Shown here: positions 19,974 through 30,525 of the stretch, in pieces | Position numbering within the stretch: position 1 is the first letter of the stretch | Layout of the letters: each line of letters starts with the position of its first letter | Assembly: GCA_963675495.1 (NCBI GenBank) | Contig: OY776215.1 | Location: forward strand, 384,001-448,000 | From: an uncultured Methanolobus sp. | GTDB lineage: Archaea; Halobacteriota; Methanosarcinia; Methanosarcinales; Methanosarcinaceae | Reading direction: 5' to 3' | DNA length: 64,000 nucleotides | Translations under genes and position numbers: made by a program | The notes under the pieces: generated by a model | Told to the model about the DNA's origin: nothing | What the model saw: the letters and a program-made list of their open reading frames with translations, nothing else | Database searches by the model: none

Positions 19974-21158
19974 AAGAAAAGCACTATTGAAGTACATGGA
20001 TTACATAGTTTTGACACATCAGAGAACAAGTATGAGAAAGAAGGAAAATATTTCCATCCTCTACTTGCTTCAATGATTACATCAGGTTCAAGATTATTCT
20101 TAGCTATGGCTGAAGCCAAAGTAAAAGAGTTAGGTTCTGTTCATGCTTACATGGATACAGACAGTATTTTTGTTACTCCTGAACATGCCCAGGAAGTTGT
20201 TGATTATTTCAACAAACTAAACCCTTACAACCCTGAACTTGATATTCCACTTCTGAAGAAAGAAGAAGGGAAAGAAGATGTGTGGTTCTATGGTATTTCT
20301 TCAAAGCGTTATGTTCTCTACAGAATCATAGACAGAAAGTTTGAGTTAGTAGATTTTAAGCTGCATGGACTTGGACATCTAACAAACCCATTTTCAAATA
20401 AAGAAAAATGGCAACAGGAAATATGGTTAGATATTCTTAAGGTACGCTATGGAATTGCAAAACCTGAAGACATTGAAGAGAAATACGCTACTATGTATGC
20501 AATCTCTAGGCTTACTGTCAGCACTCCTAATGTTTTGCATAGGTTTGATAAGTTGAATGATGGGAAACCCTGAGAAGAACAGATTAAACCCTTTAATTTC
20601 TTCCTTGTTGGATTCCAGACAACAGAAGAGAATAACAAAGCTGTCAAGCCATTAGCACCTTTTACAAAGGATTATCAGAAGATAGTTTATGAAGCATTTT
20701 TGGACTATGAAACAGGAGAATACAAGGAAGGAGTACACTACTTTAAGCCATTGAGTAGAACAATCATGCAATATTCTGAGCATCCAGAGCATAAGTTCAA
20801 TGGTGATATTGGTATTCTGAAAAGAAAAAACGTTCATGCAAATGATACTATTGAGATTGGGAAGGAAGCTAATAACATTGATGAGCAGTCGTTAGGAGTC
20901 AAGAAAGCACAGGAGTTCAGGAATAAAGAGAAGATCATGCAAAGGATTCTTGGTATATCTGTATCTGAAGCTAAGGAGTTAGGAGTACCTAAAACTACAT
21001 TGTGGGATATGCAGAAAAGGATAAGGGAAACTGGGGGTTTGAATTTGGGTACCTCAGCGGTTAGGAGGTTGATGTAAAACTAATAGATAAATTTAGATGA
21101 ATCTATGGTTCATACTCTATAAATTTTGTTAGTTTATAGATCCATCTAGCTATTTAAG

Positions 21159-22304
21159 TTAGAATTTTAATGTGCGTCCTATTTCAGCAGAATTTTTACC
21201 AAAGGATGCCCAGTTATTTTTTGGATTTATTTCTAGGGCTTTGTCATAGCACTTTATTGCTTGATCAAATTGTTTAAGTTTCTCTAGGGCATTACCTTTC
21301 CCTACCAAAGGTATGTCATTTTTTGGATCAATTTCTAATGCTCTATCAAAGCATCTGATTGCATCCTCAAATCTTTCAAGGTCGATTAAACACTCTCCTT
21401 TACGGTTCCATGTTTCTGCTTTATCAGAATTCAGTCCTAATGCTTTATCAAAACATTTCAAACTTTCTCCATACTGATGCTGAATCCATAGAATTAAACC
21501 TTTATTATGCCAGGCTAAACCATTTTCTGGATTAATTTCTAGTGATTTATCATAGCATCTAAGGGCTTCATCATTCCTTTTAAGGTTAAAATTAGAAATT
21601 CCTCTTCTAAACCATGCCTTATCGCTTTTTGGATTTATTTCTAGGGCTTTCTCATAGCATTTTATTGCTTGATCAAATCTTTCAAGCAGATCTAGAGTTT
21701 CACCTTTGTTAGCCCATATTATTGTTTCTTCTGGGTTTATCTCTAATGCTTTATCAACACATTGCAAAGCTTCTTCATGACGATTAAGAATATTTAGAGA
21801 ACAGGTTTTATTATTCCAAGCCCGATAATTTGTTGGGTCGATAGATAAAGCTTCATCAAAAGCTCTTAAAGAGTCCTTAATTTTCTGAAGTTGAACTAGA
21901 GCAATCCCTTTACCAGCCCAGGCACTCGCATTTGTTATATCTAAACCTAACATTTTATCATAAAAATAAATGGCTTTTTCGAAATTACCAGAATCGTACT
22001 CAAAGTTTCCTAATTTTAAATATGCTTCAGGTGTACCTACTGGTTTATTGAAAGAAGAGTCTGCTTCTTCTATTTTTTTAGCAATTTGTTCTGTAATAAC
22101 TTGTTGGTCAGAGCTTACTCCCGCGGGTTCATCTCCAACTTCATCTTTTATTCCTACCGCATCCAATACTTTGCTGAGTTGGTCTGATATGGTTTTGAAC
22201 TGATCTTCTCCAACTCCCTGAAGATTAATGTTTGTAATTTGCCTAGCTACCCCAACTGCACTAGTTTCTGACTCTTTGTTTTCATCAGCTTGCATATTAT
22301 CCAC
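21159..22304 (-). CDS. Tetratricopeptide repeat protein (element cargo)
   Basis: About eight 34-aa repeats of the form AWxxKG...A..CYDKALEINP. Confidence 0.92.
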   Translation of the reverse strand: MDNMQADENKESETSAVGVARQITNINLQGVGEDQFKTISDQLSKVLDAVGIKDEVGDEPAGVSSDQQVITEQIAKKIEEADSSFNKPVGTPEAYLKLGNFEYDSGNFEKAIYFYDKMLGLDITNASAWAGKGIALVQLQKIKDSLRAFDEALSIDPTNYRAWNNKTCSLNILNRHEEALQCVDKALEINPEETIIWANKGETLDLLERFDQAIKCYEKALEINPKSDKAWFRRGISNFNLKRNDEALRCYDKSLEINPENGLAWHNKGLILWIQHQYGESLKCFDKALGLNSDKAETWNRKGECLIDLERFEDAIRCFDRALEIDPKNDIPLVGKGNALEKLKQFDQAIKCYDKALEINPKNNWASFGKNSAEIGRTLKF

Positions 22305-22599
22305 CTTTTATTATCGAAAAATGATTTTATTGAACCAAATTACACATAATTTTAACCATTCATAAATTTGGCTTGCCACCATTATAAAGCTTCCTTTTTG
22401 TTATTTGGTATCCATTTGTAAATTTATGTTCAAAAAAAACTAAAACTAAGCTTAAATATTTTTTTAACTTTTTGTGTGTTATTTTTGAAATGACAAACCT
22501 AATCACATATAATAATTTATAATATGATATTTTTTTATTTCACCTAATTAAATCATTTGTCCAATGATTTCAAAAAAAAGAAAAATCAAATTGATGAAA

Positions 22600-22797
22600 T
22601 TATTTAATTAAATTTGTAGTGTGACCACAAAAGGGACAAGATCTTTTTTTTGTGAATAAACCAGATCGAGGCAAAGAATCACCACACTCATCACAATATA
22701 TTTTACTACATTTTGTACATTGATGCCATCTTCCAAACATAGTAGATGGAGTAAGACTGTGCAATTTACCACATAATATGCATCTTACTCGGGACAT
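22600..22797 (-). CDS. Small Cys-rich zinc-finger protein
   Basis: Four CxxC pairs (CILC, CTKC, CDEC, CPFC) in 65 aa. Confidence 0.65.
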   Translation of the reverse strand: MSRVRCILCGKLHSLTPSTMFGRWHQCTKCSKIYCDECGDSLPRSGLFTKKRSCPFCGHTTNLIK

Positions 22798-22828
22798 TGT
22801 TATTTTGCATCCTAAATATATTCAATAT

Positions 22829-23041
22829 TCACATGAATGTTGTCAGTATTTTTGGAAAATCCATCTCTGAAAGCCACATACCCCACATCCAAATCGCCCC
22901 TATCAAAAAACTTATTGCTTTTCCTTTCAGCCCAAGCCTTTCATGAGTTACTCCCAATAATAAAAAGGTGGCTAAGACGTTGCTAATCATCAAAACCATG
23001 TTAATCTCTGTTTGAAATTCTACTATCATAAAGTTCACCAT
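22829..23041 (-). CDS. Small membrane protein
   Basis: Two hydrophobic segments in 70 aa. Confidence 0.45.
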   Translation of the reverse strand: MVNFMIVEFQTEINMVLMISNVLATFLLLGVTHERLGLKGKAISFLIGAIWMWGMWLSEMDFPKILTTFM

Positions 23042-23300
23042 TTTATGGTCTTAATACATAATATTTAAAAGTTGCTATTTGATTTTTTAAGGATTTCTTT
23101 TTTAGTATTATTATAAAGTGCCAATATACTTTGTTATAACAAAGTTCGGTTTTTTGGCGTTACCTATTACCCATAGCTGTCAATTGGGGTAATAGTAATA
23201 ACCAAAAAACGCAACGCAAATTAAACAGCATAGTCAATTTTTCAAAATTACAAGAAATTAACAAACTGAAAAAAGTAAAAAAAAAAGAAATGTTTGTGGT

Positions 23301-24563
23301 TTATTGACCGAATTGTCCACCACAATGAGGGCAAAACTTTGGAGTTTGTGGAAGATTTAGCTCAACTCCACAATAAGGGCACATCTTAAAAGATTGTGGT
23401 TGGCTTGGTGTCCCAACATTACCCTTAATCATCCCTACGTCTTTGATCTGTGTAGAGTTATCTGAGTGAAAAGTAGTTTCATGCCCATACCCAAAAAACA
23501 CATTACCATTTACATGAATTGCATTATGATGTCTATTCAAATTTTGGTCTTCTGGAATTTTAGAGTCATCATGCCTTTGCTCTTTATGCACTCTAGGTTT
23601 TGGTTTATTTGTGAAAGCTTTTGAGTGGTTAGGAGTCTCAACGTTATCGTTAATCCTCCCTTTACCTGAGTTGGCTTCTGTTTTCACATTATTTTTCGGA
23701 GTGTTTTCAGAGATTGCTGAAGTAAAAACATGTTCTAACATCGAGGATACTGCAGTCTGGTTAAGCGTCTCAACATTATCGTTAATCCTCCCTTTACCCA
23801 AATCTGCTTCTGCTTTCACATTAGTTTTCAGAGTGTTTTCAGAGTAAGCGCTAAGATCTATATTTGAATCTAGAATTTTAAAAGAATTATTAATGTTTTC
23901 GACTACTTTTTTCCCAGTTATTGCCGAATTATATATCTGTTCTAATCTACTTTCTTCATAGAGTAAGAACCCGAATTCACAATCAAACCACTTTGTTTTG
24001 TTAATGCCATGATTATTATATTTTATTTTCCACGCCTTCCTTGTTCCAAAAAAAGTATCGATTGTTTCTGTTCCAAGTACACTATACTCAAATCCAAAAC
24101 CTTTCTTTAATCCCAATCCATTGCATTCCGTACATTCTACTTTTCCAGAACCGTTGCAGAAAATACATTCTTGATTTGTCCAACTACCTGTCCCTTTACA
24201 ATGGTCACATACTTTAGACCCATAGCTACATTCTGGACAGTGCTGGTATTTCCAAGAAATTGGAAAATTTAAAATGTCTGATTTCATTACTTTGTCTTCT
24301 TGATTTAAATCCATTAAAGATAAGAAAGTAGCCCCATCATTACTAATATTATCCAAATCCGGCCCAATTACAGATTTTCCATCAATGTCAATGTCAATTT
24401 TCATAGCATGGGACGCACTTGCTACTCTAAAAGAAACTGAATTTATAGTTCTCCTAATAATTTCTAATTTATGATCAGAAGTACCATACTCACTGTCTTT
24501 AAATTTATAAATAATATAATTTCCTTCCTGCATCCAATCCAGATTTGGTATCATTTTGTCCAC
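23301..24563 (-). CDS. Protein with DnaJ-like CxxCxGxG zinc finger, internal duplication and C-terminal zinc ribbon
   Basis: CDHCKGTG, CIFCNGSG, CTECNGLG; duplicated SENTxKxNVKxEA...GKGRINDNVET; CPYC...CPHCG. Confidence 0.75.
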   Translation of the reverse strand: MDKMIPNLDWMQEGNYIIYKFKDSEYGTSDHKLEIIRRTINSVSFRVASASHAMKIDIDIDGKSVIGPDLDNISNDGATFLSLMDLNQEDKVMKSDILNFPISWKYQHCPECSYGSKVCDHCKGTGSWTNQECIFCNGSGKVECTECNGLGLKKGFGFEYSVLGTETIDTFFGTRKAWKIKYNNHGINKTKWFDCEFGFLLYEESRLEQIYNSAITGKKVVENINNSFKILDSNIDLSAYSENTLKTNVKAEADLGKGRINDNVETLNQTAVSSMLEHVFTSAISENTPKNNVKTEANSGKGRINDNVETPNHSKAFTNKPKPRVHKEQRHDDSKIPEDQNLNRHHNAIHVNGNVFFGYGHETTFHSDNSTQIKDVGMIKGNVGTPSQPQSFKMCPYCGVELNLPQTPKFCPHCGGQFGQ

Positions 24564-24660
24564 CTATAATAAATTAAGTAACAGATTTATAAGTAATTAT
24601 GTAGGATTTTTTAAGTTTTAAATGTTCTCTTTTAAAATCAAATAAGAAGAAAGGTATGTG

Positions 24661-24909
24661 TCAAAATCCACTTACTAATTTCCTCACCTCTTTTGTCCAG
24701 AAATTGAACCCCTTATCACTCAAAATCCTGTCCTTCATCCTCTTCAAAGAACTTCTTTGCATCACTCCATATTCCCTTGCTTCCTTTGGAGTCAGAGCCA
24801 TTATTTGCTGTTTGATACCTTCCTCATCAATGAAAGTCTGAGCTCGCTGAAGCTCTAATTCCTCTTCATCAATGTTGTTGGTTTCCTTTCCGATATAAAG
24901 GATAGTATC
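24661..24909 (-). pseudogene. 3' fragment of a second casposon-type PolB
   Basis: My translation DTILYIGKETNNIDEEELELQRAQTF...EAREYGV...EVRKLVSGF* aligns with DTIEIGKEANNIDEQSLGVKKAQEF...EAKELGV...AVRRLM* of 20700-21077. Confidence 0.85.
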
Positions 24910-24935
24910 TTTCCCAACTCAAAAAAAAATAATAT

Positions 24936-25640
24936 TCAAGCAAACGCCTTCAACGCTGAAACCGCAGCCTTCTTCAAAAATCCCTTGCATTCAATATCAA
25001 GATTGCCATTATTAAGTGAGTGGGACAACTGACCAGTAGGGTCATTGCTGTGAAGTATTGACTTTAGAGTGGTCTCATCGGTTGAAACGGATACTGTGGG
25101 ATCGATTCCGCCTCTTGAAGAAACTTTCTGGAATTCTGTGATGACACCATCTTTTGTAACGGCTTTTATCTTCAGGTTTGTGTTATCATTCTGTGTTATC
25201 TCAAGAAGGATCACATCATTTCCTGCAATCTTTTTGACCACATCTGGAACCTCATCAATACCGTTATTATAATACCCGACATACTTCTGAATTTCGCTGT
25301 AGAGATCGGTTTTCGTGGGTTTTGCATAAATTCCTTCGATGGATTGTGTACTTGTAGCCTGTGTTTGAGAAGCAGATGAACTGGAATCGGAATTCGAGTT
25401 TGAATCTGAGCTTGAACCGGAACCTGACCTGTGGGTCTGTGATGATGTTGTGGATACTGATTTACCTTCATCCATATTTTTATCTGTCAGAGAGCTTAAG
25501 ATACCATGTTCATCCAGTTCATCTTTTATGGAATCCACTACTCCCGCCAGTGACAGGTTTGAAAGCAGCAGAGCGATCAGGATCGTTGCACCAACTAATA
25601 AAATCTGTTTTCCATCCCGCCTTTTAGTATCCACTCTCAT
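24936..25640 (-). CDS. Secreted hypothetical protein with Ser-rich linker
   Basis: Signal-peptide-like N-terminus, Ser/Thr-rich linker, globular C-terminal domain. Confidence 0.7.
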   Translation of the reverse strand: MRVDTKRRDGKQILLVGATILIALLLSNLSLAGVVDSIKDELDEHGILSSLTDKNMDEGKSVSTTSSQTHRSGSGSSSDSNSNSDSSSSASQTQATSTQSIEGIYAKPTKTDLYSEIQKYVGYYNNGIDEVPDVVKKIAGNDVILLEITQNDNTNLKIKAVTKDGVITEFQKVSSRGGIDPTVSVSTDETTLKSILHSNDPTGQLSHSLNNGNLDIECKGFLKKAAVSALKAFA

Positions 25641-25880
25641 AATTAAACATTATTTATGTCGGGTTTAAAAAGACTATGTCCATGAAATTTGCGAGTATGT
25701 ACCTGAAATTGCGTACAACGGAGTTCATGTACATGTTAAACAGTTTTATTCAAAACAACTGTTCAAATTCACTAAATTTAAGTAGTAAAAATTCTATATT
25801 GTGAGGCATAACAGAACGAATGACAATTAAAAAACAAGACTTTCAACAAGTTACAAGAATTGTTGTCAGGGGGAATATAA

Positions 25881-27809
25881 GTGAAAACAGGAATAAGTAA
25901 ACAAATTTGTCTACCATTAACCATTCTTTTAGCAATCTTGTTAGCAACCTCGCCAGCCATGGCCGCTGCATCAATTGATTACATGAGTATAGATGTCGAT
26001 ATCAACAATGGATATGCAGTTACCACCGTGGAGCAGAAAATCACAAGCAATGAAGATGAAGCCGCCTATGATGATTTCAGCATATTCAAATCGGAAGAGG
26101 CATTCATATCAGGCTTTACCCTGATAATCGACGGAGAGGAATATAATTCCGAAGTACTTCCAAAAGGACAAGCTGCAGAAGAATTCGAGGAAGCCGTGTC
26201 TGAAGGAAAATCAGCAGGACTGCTCACAGATGCAGGCAAAGACAGGTTCAGCTACGCATTGAACTTCGAACCTCACCAGAGTATTATCGTCAGGCTGACC
26301 TATGAACAGGCTCTGAAAAAGGCCCTTGGAGAATATGAGTATATCCAACCACTTCGCAGTTATCATGAAGTTGATAACCTATCTGTAAATGTAGACATAA
26401 GTTCCATAAACAAAATACTCAGCATGGAAACTTCCGGATCTTCCGGAGCTAATGTGGAATATATCTCATCCACCAACGGACAGGTAACATACAATTCAGA
26501 CTCAATGCCTAATTCAGATCTAAATATCATTTTCACGACCAATGACCCTGAACTGAATGGGGATATGCTCTTTTACGAAACCGGCGGTCAGGGTTACATG
26601 ATGCATATATTCTCTCCAACTGAAGAAGACCTGGGCACAACAGCACTCAGCAAGGACATCATCTTTGTGATTGACAAATCCGGTTCCATGGAAGGAGAGA
26701 AGATGTACCAGGTCAAGAGTGTGTTTTCGGATATCATCTATGGTCTACCAACCAACGATCGCTTCAATTTAATCTTCTTTGACAGTGAAGTGCACACATA
26801 CTCGGAACAATTGATGGAGGCTAATGCAAGCTCCAGAAAAGATTCCATCGAATTCGTGGACAGCTTAAGAGCCGATGGCGGCACGAATATCAATGATGCC
26901 CTGGTGACTGCGCTTGGAATGTTCAGCAGCGAAAACGAAAATGTCCCGATCATTGTTTTCCTCACCGATGGTGAGCCAACTTCCGGTGTTACTTCCAGGT
27001 ATGTGATCAGTGAGAACGTACTGGAGGCGAACAAGGCTGAGGTTTCCATATTCAGCATCGCTTTTGGAATCGAGCATGAGGAATATTATGAGTCACTAAG
27101 GGTGCTGAGTCTGGAGAACAACGGTAAAGCAGAGCGTTTCACCTCCACTAATGGTGCAGAGCAGGGTATAAGCGATTTCTATGCAACTATATCCACCCCG
27201 CTGATAACAGATATAGAATTCAATTACAATGGAAAAGTATCGGATATTGTGAACACCGTAGAAAGCAGCCTGTTTGCAGGCTCTGATGCAATTGTGCTGG
27301 GTAAGTACAATACAGGAACCTCTGCTATAAACTCAGAGATACAGGCAACCAGCCGCTCAGGAACCCAGAAATTCAGCAACCAGTTCACAGTAATTTCAAA
27401 ATCAGAAAATTCCTTCATCCCAAGATTATGGGCTTACGAAACAATCAACGACCTGCTTGACAGAATCGAGGTGGAAGGCGAAACTGACGAACTTGTCACT
27501 TCTGTTACAAATCTCTCACTGGAATTCGAATTTGTGACTCCATACACCTCGCTCTTTGTAAAGATACCTGATATCGAGGAAATTGATTCTGTTAATAGTC
27601 CACCTCCCAGTGACATGTATACAGGTGAGGGTATAGCTGTGGATGATTCTGCGGTTGCAGAGGAAGCGATGGAAGAAATGCCTGTTGAAGAAGAGATGGT
27701 TAATGAGGAAATGCCCATTCAAGAGGCTACAGAATCACCCGGATTTGAAGCTTTGTATACTATTATGGGAGTCGTTGGAGTGATGTTATTGTTCAGAAGA
27801 CGTGAGTGA
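25881..27809 (+). CDS. VIT + VWA domain surface protein (inter-alpha-trypsin-inhibitor-like) with PGF-CTERM
   Basis: Signal peptide; VIT-like N-terminus; MIDAS DKSGSM, GGTNI, LTDG; FVTPYTS; SPGF + TM + RRRE. Confidence 0.9.
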   Translation: MKTGISKQICLPLTILLAILLATSPAMAAASIDYMSIDVDINNGYAVTTVEQKITSNEDEAAYDDFSIFKSEEAFISGFTLIIDGEEYNSEVLPKGQAAEEFEEAVSEGKSAGLLTDAGKDRFSYALNFEPHQSIIVRLTYEQALKKALGEYEYIQPLRSYHEVDNLSVNVDISSINKILSMETSGSSGANVEYISSTNGQVTYNSDSMPNSDLNIIFTTNDPELNGDMLFYETGGQGYMMHIFSPTEEDLGTTALSKDIIFVIDKSGSMEGEKMYQVKSVFSDIIYGLPTNDRFNLIFFDSEVHTYSEQLMEANASSRKDSIEFVDSLRADGGTNINDALVTALGMFSSENENVPIIVFLTDGEPTSGVTSRYVISENVLEANKAEVSIFSIAFGIEHEEYYESLRVLSLENNGKAERFTSTNGAEQGISDFYATISTPLITDIEFNYNGKVSDIVNTVESSLFAGSDAIVLGKYNTGTSAINSEIQATSRSGTQKFSNQFTVISKSENSFIPRLWAYETINDLLDRIEVEGETDELVTSVTNLSLEFEFVTPYTSLFVKIPDIEEIDSVNSPPPSDMYTGEGIAVDDSAVAEEAMEEMPVEEEMVNEEMPIQEATESPGFEALYTIMGVVGVMLLFRRRE

Positions 27810-27826
27810 AAATTTAGTGTTAGATG

Positions 27827-27849
27827 GAGAGGTTCAAATTGAACCTCTC
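27827..27849. terminator. Palindrome between convergent genes (possible terminator or binding site)
   Basis: gagaggttcaa-a-ttgaacctctc, 11-bp perfect arms. Confidence 0.4.
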
Positions 27850-27899
27850 TAAAATATATAGGAGATAAAGACAAAATTCATTTTTATAAACTAGCAAAT

Positions 27900-28706
27900 T
27901 CAGGACAATGGTTGAATTTCTGTAACTGGTACAGAATCCTTCAAATAGTATTCGAAAAACTCTTTTCCCCATTCCAGTGCAGTTTTATCACGACATAAAA
28001 CATACTTGCTGTCAATTTCACCATTATTTTTTAGTAAGGATAACAGAATGTAATATTCATTAATTGAAACAAATTGGAAATTCATTTTTTTGGCGTAAAC
28101 AAAAACATGAACTAACTTATTTTGAATGATCTTTGCAAAATTTTCGTAGTGCTCATTTACTAATTTATCCCGCAAATCTTGGGTGATAATAAAGTATAAA
28201 TCAACCCCATTGCTGACATGATCATCAACTAGCTCTTTAAAATTTGGATGAACAAAGGTACTAATTATATAGTGGGACTTGGAATTCATACTTGCTTTAT
28301 GAAATTCCTTATCATTCTCATAGAATTCTGTAACATGAGGCATCATATATTTAAGCTCATCACATTTGAATATTCTTTTTAAGAGATCGGATGGGATAAA
28401 ATCAAAATTGTGAGTTCCCCAGTAATCTATTTTTTTATCAAAAACTCTAGTTATATCCAATAAAGGAATCATAGGATTTACAATATGTTTCCCGATAGGC
28501 GTTAATTCATAAATGTCATTTGAACAAGTAATAAGATGATGATTACGTAAAATCTTCATCTGTGGAAGTAAAGATTGCCTTGTTGTTTCTAATGACTCAA
28601 GGATAATATTCATCTCCTTGGGTCCATCATATAATAAAAGAAGCGCATTCTTTCTCTTTTCAGATTGAAATATCACATCAATCAATGGTTTTTTAGTTTT
28701 TTTCAT
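27900..28706 (-). CDS. Winged-helix transcriptional regulator (methanogen DUF1724-type)
   Basis: SEKRKNALLLL...TRQSLLPQ...YELTPIG; C-terminal ALEWGKEFFEYY. Confidence 0.85.
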   Translation of the reverse strand: MKKTKKPLIDVIFQSEKRKNALLLLYDGPKEMNIILESLETTRQSLLPQMKILRNHHLITCSNDIYELTPIGKHIVNPMIPLLDITRVFDKKIDYWGTHNFDFIPSDLLKRIFKCDELKYMMPHVTEFYENDKEFHKASMNSKSHYIISTFVHPNFKELVDDHVSNGVDLYFIITQDLRDKLVNEHYENFAKIIQNKLVHVFVYAKKMNFQFVSINEYYILLSLLKNNGEIDSKYVLCRDKTALEWGKEFFEYYLKDSVPVTEIQPLS

Positions 28707-28945
28707 ATCCTACCAACTAATTGAAATTCAAAACTTTATTAAAACATAATCAGCCTTTCTTGTTTTTTTAAGTAAATATATCTTTTTCTCCAAATGTTCT
28801 GAAATTGATGGTACAATTGCTATTAAAAAATAATTAACAAGCTCCATACTTCAAATTATCACCCAACTTTCCCGATATACACGCATCCTTTAGAATTCCT
28901 GTTGAAACTGTAAGTTAGGAAAAATGAAAAGAATTAAAACAATAT

Positions 28946-29731
28946 TCATAGCTCAGTTATCGGTGAAGAATCTTTCAAACAGTGTTCAAAGAGCTCTTTT
29001 CCCCATTCGAGCGAATCTTTGGTAGAACATAGAATGTGTTTGTTGTCAAACTCACCTTTTTTCGTCAGCAAACCTGCAAGTATGTGGTGATCATCAAATG
29101 TAAAGAATGAGAACTCCATTTTTTTGGTGTAAACATAAAAATTAAAATACTCACTTTCAATGAACTTTTTAAAATCTGCAGAGTAATGCAGTTTTATCTT
29201 GTCAAGTAGCTCTTTTGAGACGATCATAAAAAACTCTATCTTTTTTTCAATAGTTTCAGAGATTATTTTATGATAATCTGGATATAGAAATGTAGTAACC
29301 ACATAGACAGACTTTGTCGGACTGGAACTATCATTGAACGTTTCATGAACAGTATACATATCTGCCAGGGAAGGATTGATCATCTCATAATTTCTCATCT
29401 TACTTATGCTTTTGAGAAGATGAGGCGGAATAAAATCAACGTTGTGATTTCCCCAGTAAGCAATATCTTTATCAAAAACCTCAATTGTCCCTAATAATGG
29501 AACCATTTCGTCAACTACCAGCTTTCCGATGTTTGTCAATTCATAAGTATCATTGTAATGAAAAACAAGGTGCTGTCCTTCCAGAATCCTTATCTGTGGA
29601 AGTAAGGCTTGTCTGGTTGTTTTCAGAGACTTAAGAAGTGTTTCCATTTTCTGAGGGTCATTTTGCAACAATAAGAGCACATTCTTTCTTTTCTCTGATT
29701 TGAAAACAACATCAAGTAACGTTTTTTTCAT
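28946..29731 (-). CDS. Winged-helix transcriptional regulator (DUF1724-type), tandem paralogue
   Basis: Same motifs as 27900-28706. Confidence 0.85.
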   Translation of the reverse strand: MKKTLLDVVFKSEKRKNVLLLLQNDPQKMETLLKSLKTTRQALLPQIRILEGQHLVFHYNDTYELTNIGKLVVDEMVPLLGTIEVFDKDIAYWGNHNVDFIPPHLLKSISKMRNYEMINPSLADMYTVHETFNDSSSPTKSVYVVTTFLYPDYHKIISETIEKKIEFFMIVSKELLDKIKLHYSADFKKFIESEYFNFYVYTKKMEFSFFTFDDHHILAGLLTKKGEFDNKHILCSTKDSLEWGKELFEHCLKDSSPITEL

Positions 29732-30022
29732 GTATACTATGTCCTGATAAACAACGTGTGTATTTTCAGCATTGATTTAAGCTAAAGTGTGACAATATTA
29801 AGTTGTTATTCATAAAGCTTTGCATCTACTTCTTCAACTTTCCACTATTTAACTCTTCACTACTTCTTGAAGTCTTCAATATTGATCCGTCAAAAGCATT
29901 CAGAATAAATAACTAGTCTCAAAATTCAGATTCATATAATGCGAAGTGCTTTTGAGACCTACCTGGGCATCTCAACAACAATCATTAAATATTCCAACAA
30001 TCAAAGAAAGATGGTGATACAT

Positions 30023-30439
30023 ATGGATTGTTTATTCTGTAAGATCGTTGCTGGCGAGATTCCTTCGAATAAGGTTTATGAAGATGAATTTGTGTATGCT
30101 TTCCTGGATATATTCCCCAGTTCTGAAGGCCATACAATTGTTCTTCCGAAACAGCACTTTGACAGGTTCACAGACATGGAGGAGAAAGATGCAGCTTCGT
30201 TGTTCGCTTCGGTGAACAAGGTTGCAAAGACCATAGAAAGAACGCTTGGACTGGAAGGAATGAACATAGGCATCAATAACGGGGAGATTGCCGGGCAAAC
30301 TGTACCACATGTGCATGTTCATATAATACCCAGACATGCAGGAGATAGCGAAGGGAACATGCATACCATCGTAGAGTTGCATCCTTCAACAGACAACATT
30401 GCAGAACTGGCTGAAACAATAAGCAGGTCATTTGATTAA
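30023..30439 (+). CDS. HIT family hydrolase
   Basis: MDCLFCKI start and AGQTVPHVHVHIIPR histidine triad. Confidence 0.93.
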   Translation: MDCLFCKIVAGEIPSNKVYEDEFVYAFLDIFPSSEGHTIVLPKQHFDRFTDMEEKDAASLFASVNKVAKTIERTLGLEGMNIGINNGEIAGQTVPHVHVHIIPRHAGDSEGNMHTIVELHPSTDNIAELAETISRSFD

Positions 30440-30525
30440 TATAACCAGTTGACCTATTACATTAGTATCTATCAAAGCTATCACATTTATCGCATTTATT
30501 ACGATCAACTACAGGAGAATAAAAT

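Larger units (their letters stand above)
18787..21077 (+). pseudogene. polB: Family B DNA polymerase (casposon-type), 5'-truncated, IS-interrupted, with an internal TGA
   Basis: Motif B-like [12 protein letters not shown] and motif C YMDTDS; removing the IS and one TSD restores the frame ([15 protein letters not shown]...); in-frame TGA at 20571 between the 20073 and 20700 ORFs. Confidence 0.85.
18050..23172. mobile_element. Decayed casposon-like element 1 (TIRs, truncated PolB, cargo; no casposase visible)
   Basis: TIR gggtaataggtaagcccaaaaaaccgaact (18050-18079) matches the reverse complement of 23143-23172 at 28/30; flanked by 14-bp direct repeats ataactttcaattg (18036-18049) and atagctgtcaattg (23173-23186); contains a family-B polymerase remnant. 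Confidence 0.8.
23187..24909. mobile_element. Decayed casposon-like element 2 (one end plus PolB 3' remnant), inverted relative to element 1
   Basis: A related end sequence gggtaatagtaataaccaaaaaacgcaacg starts immediately after the 14-bp repeat; minus-strand PolB C-terminal remnant at 24661-24909; no second end found. Confidence 0.7.

Noticed and set aside
20571-20573. In-frame TGA in polB as possible selenocysteine or read-through
   Set aside because: The gene is already truncated and IS-disrupted, so a TGG-to-TGA nonsense change is the simpler explanation.
18036-23220. Repeated CAATTGGGGTAATAG sequence considered as CRISPR repeats
   Set aside because: There are only two direct copies 5 kb apart plus one inverted copy, with no spacer periodicity. 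TIRs plus a target duplication explain them better.
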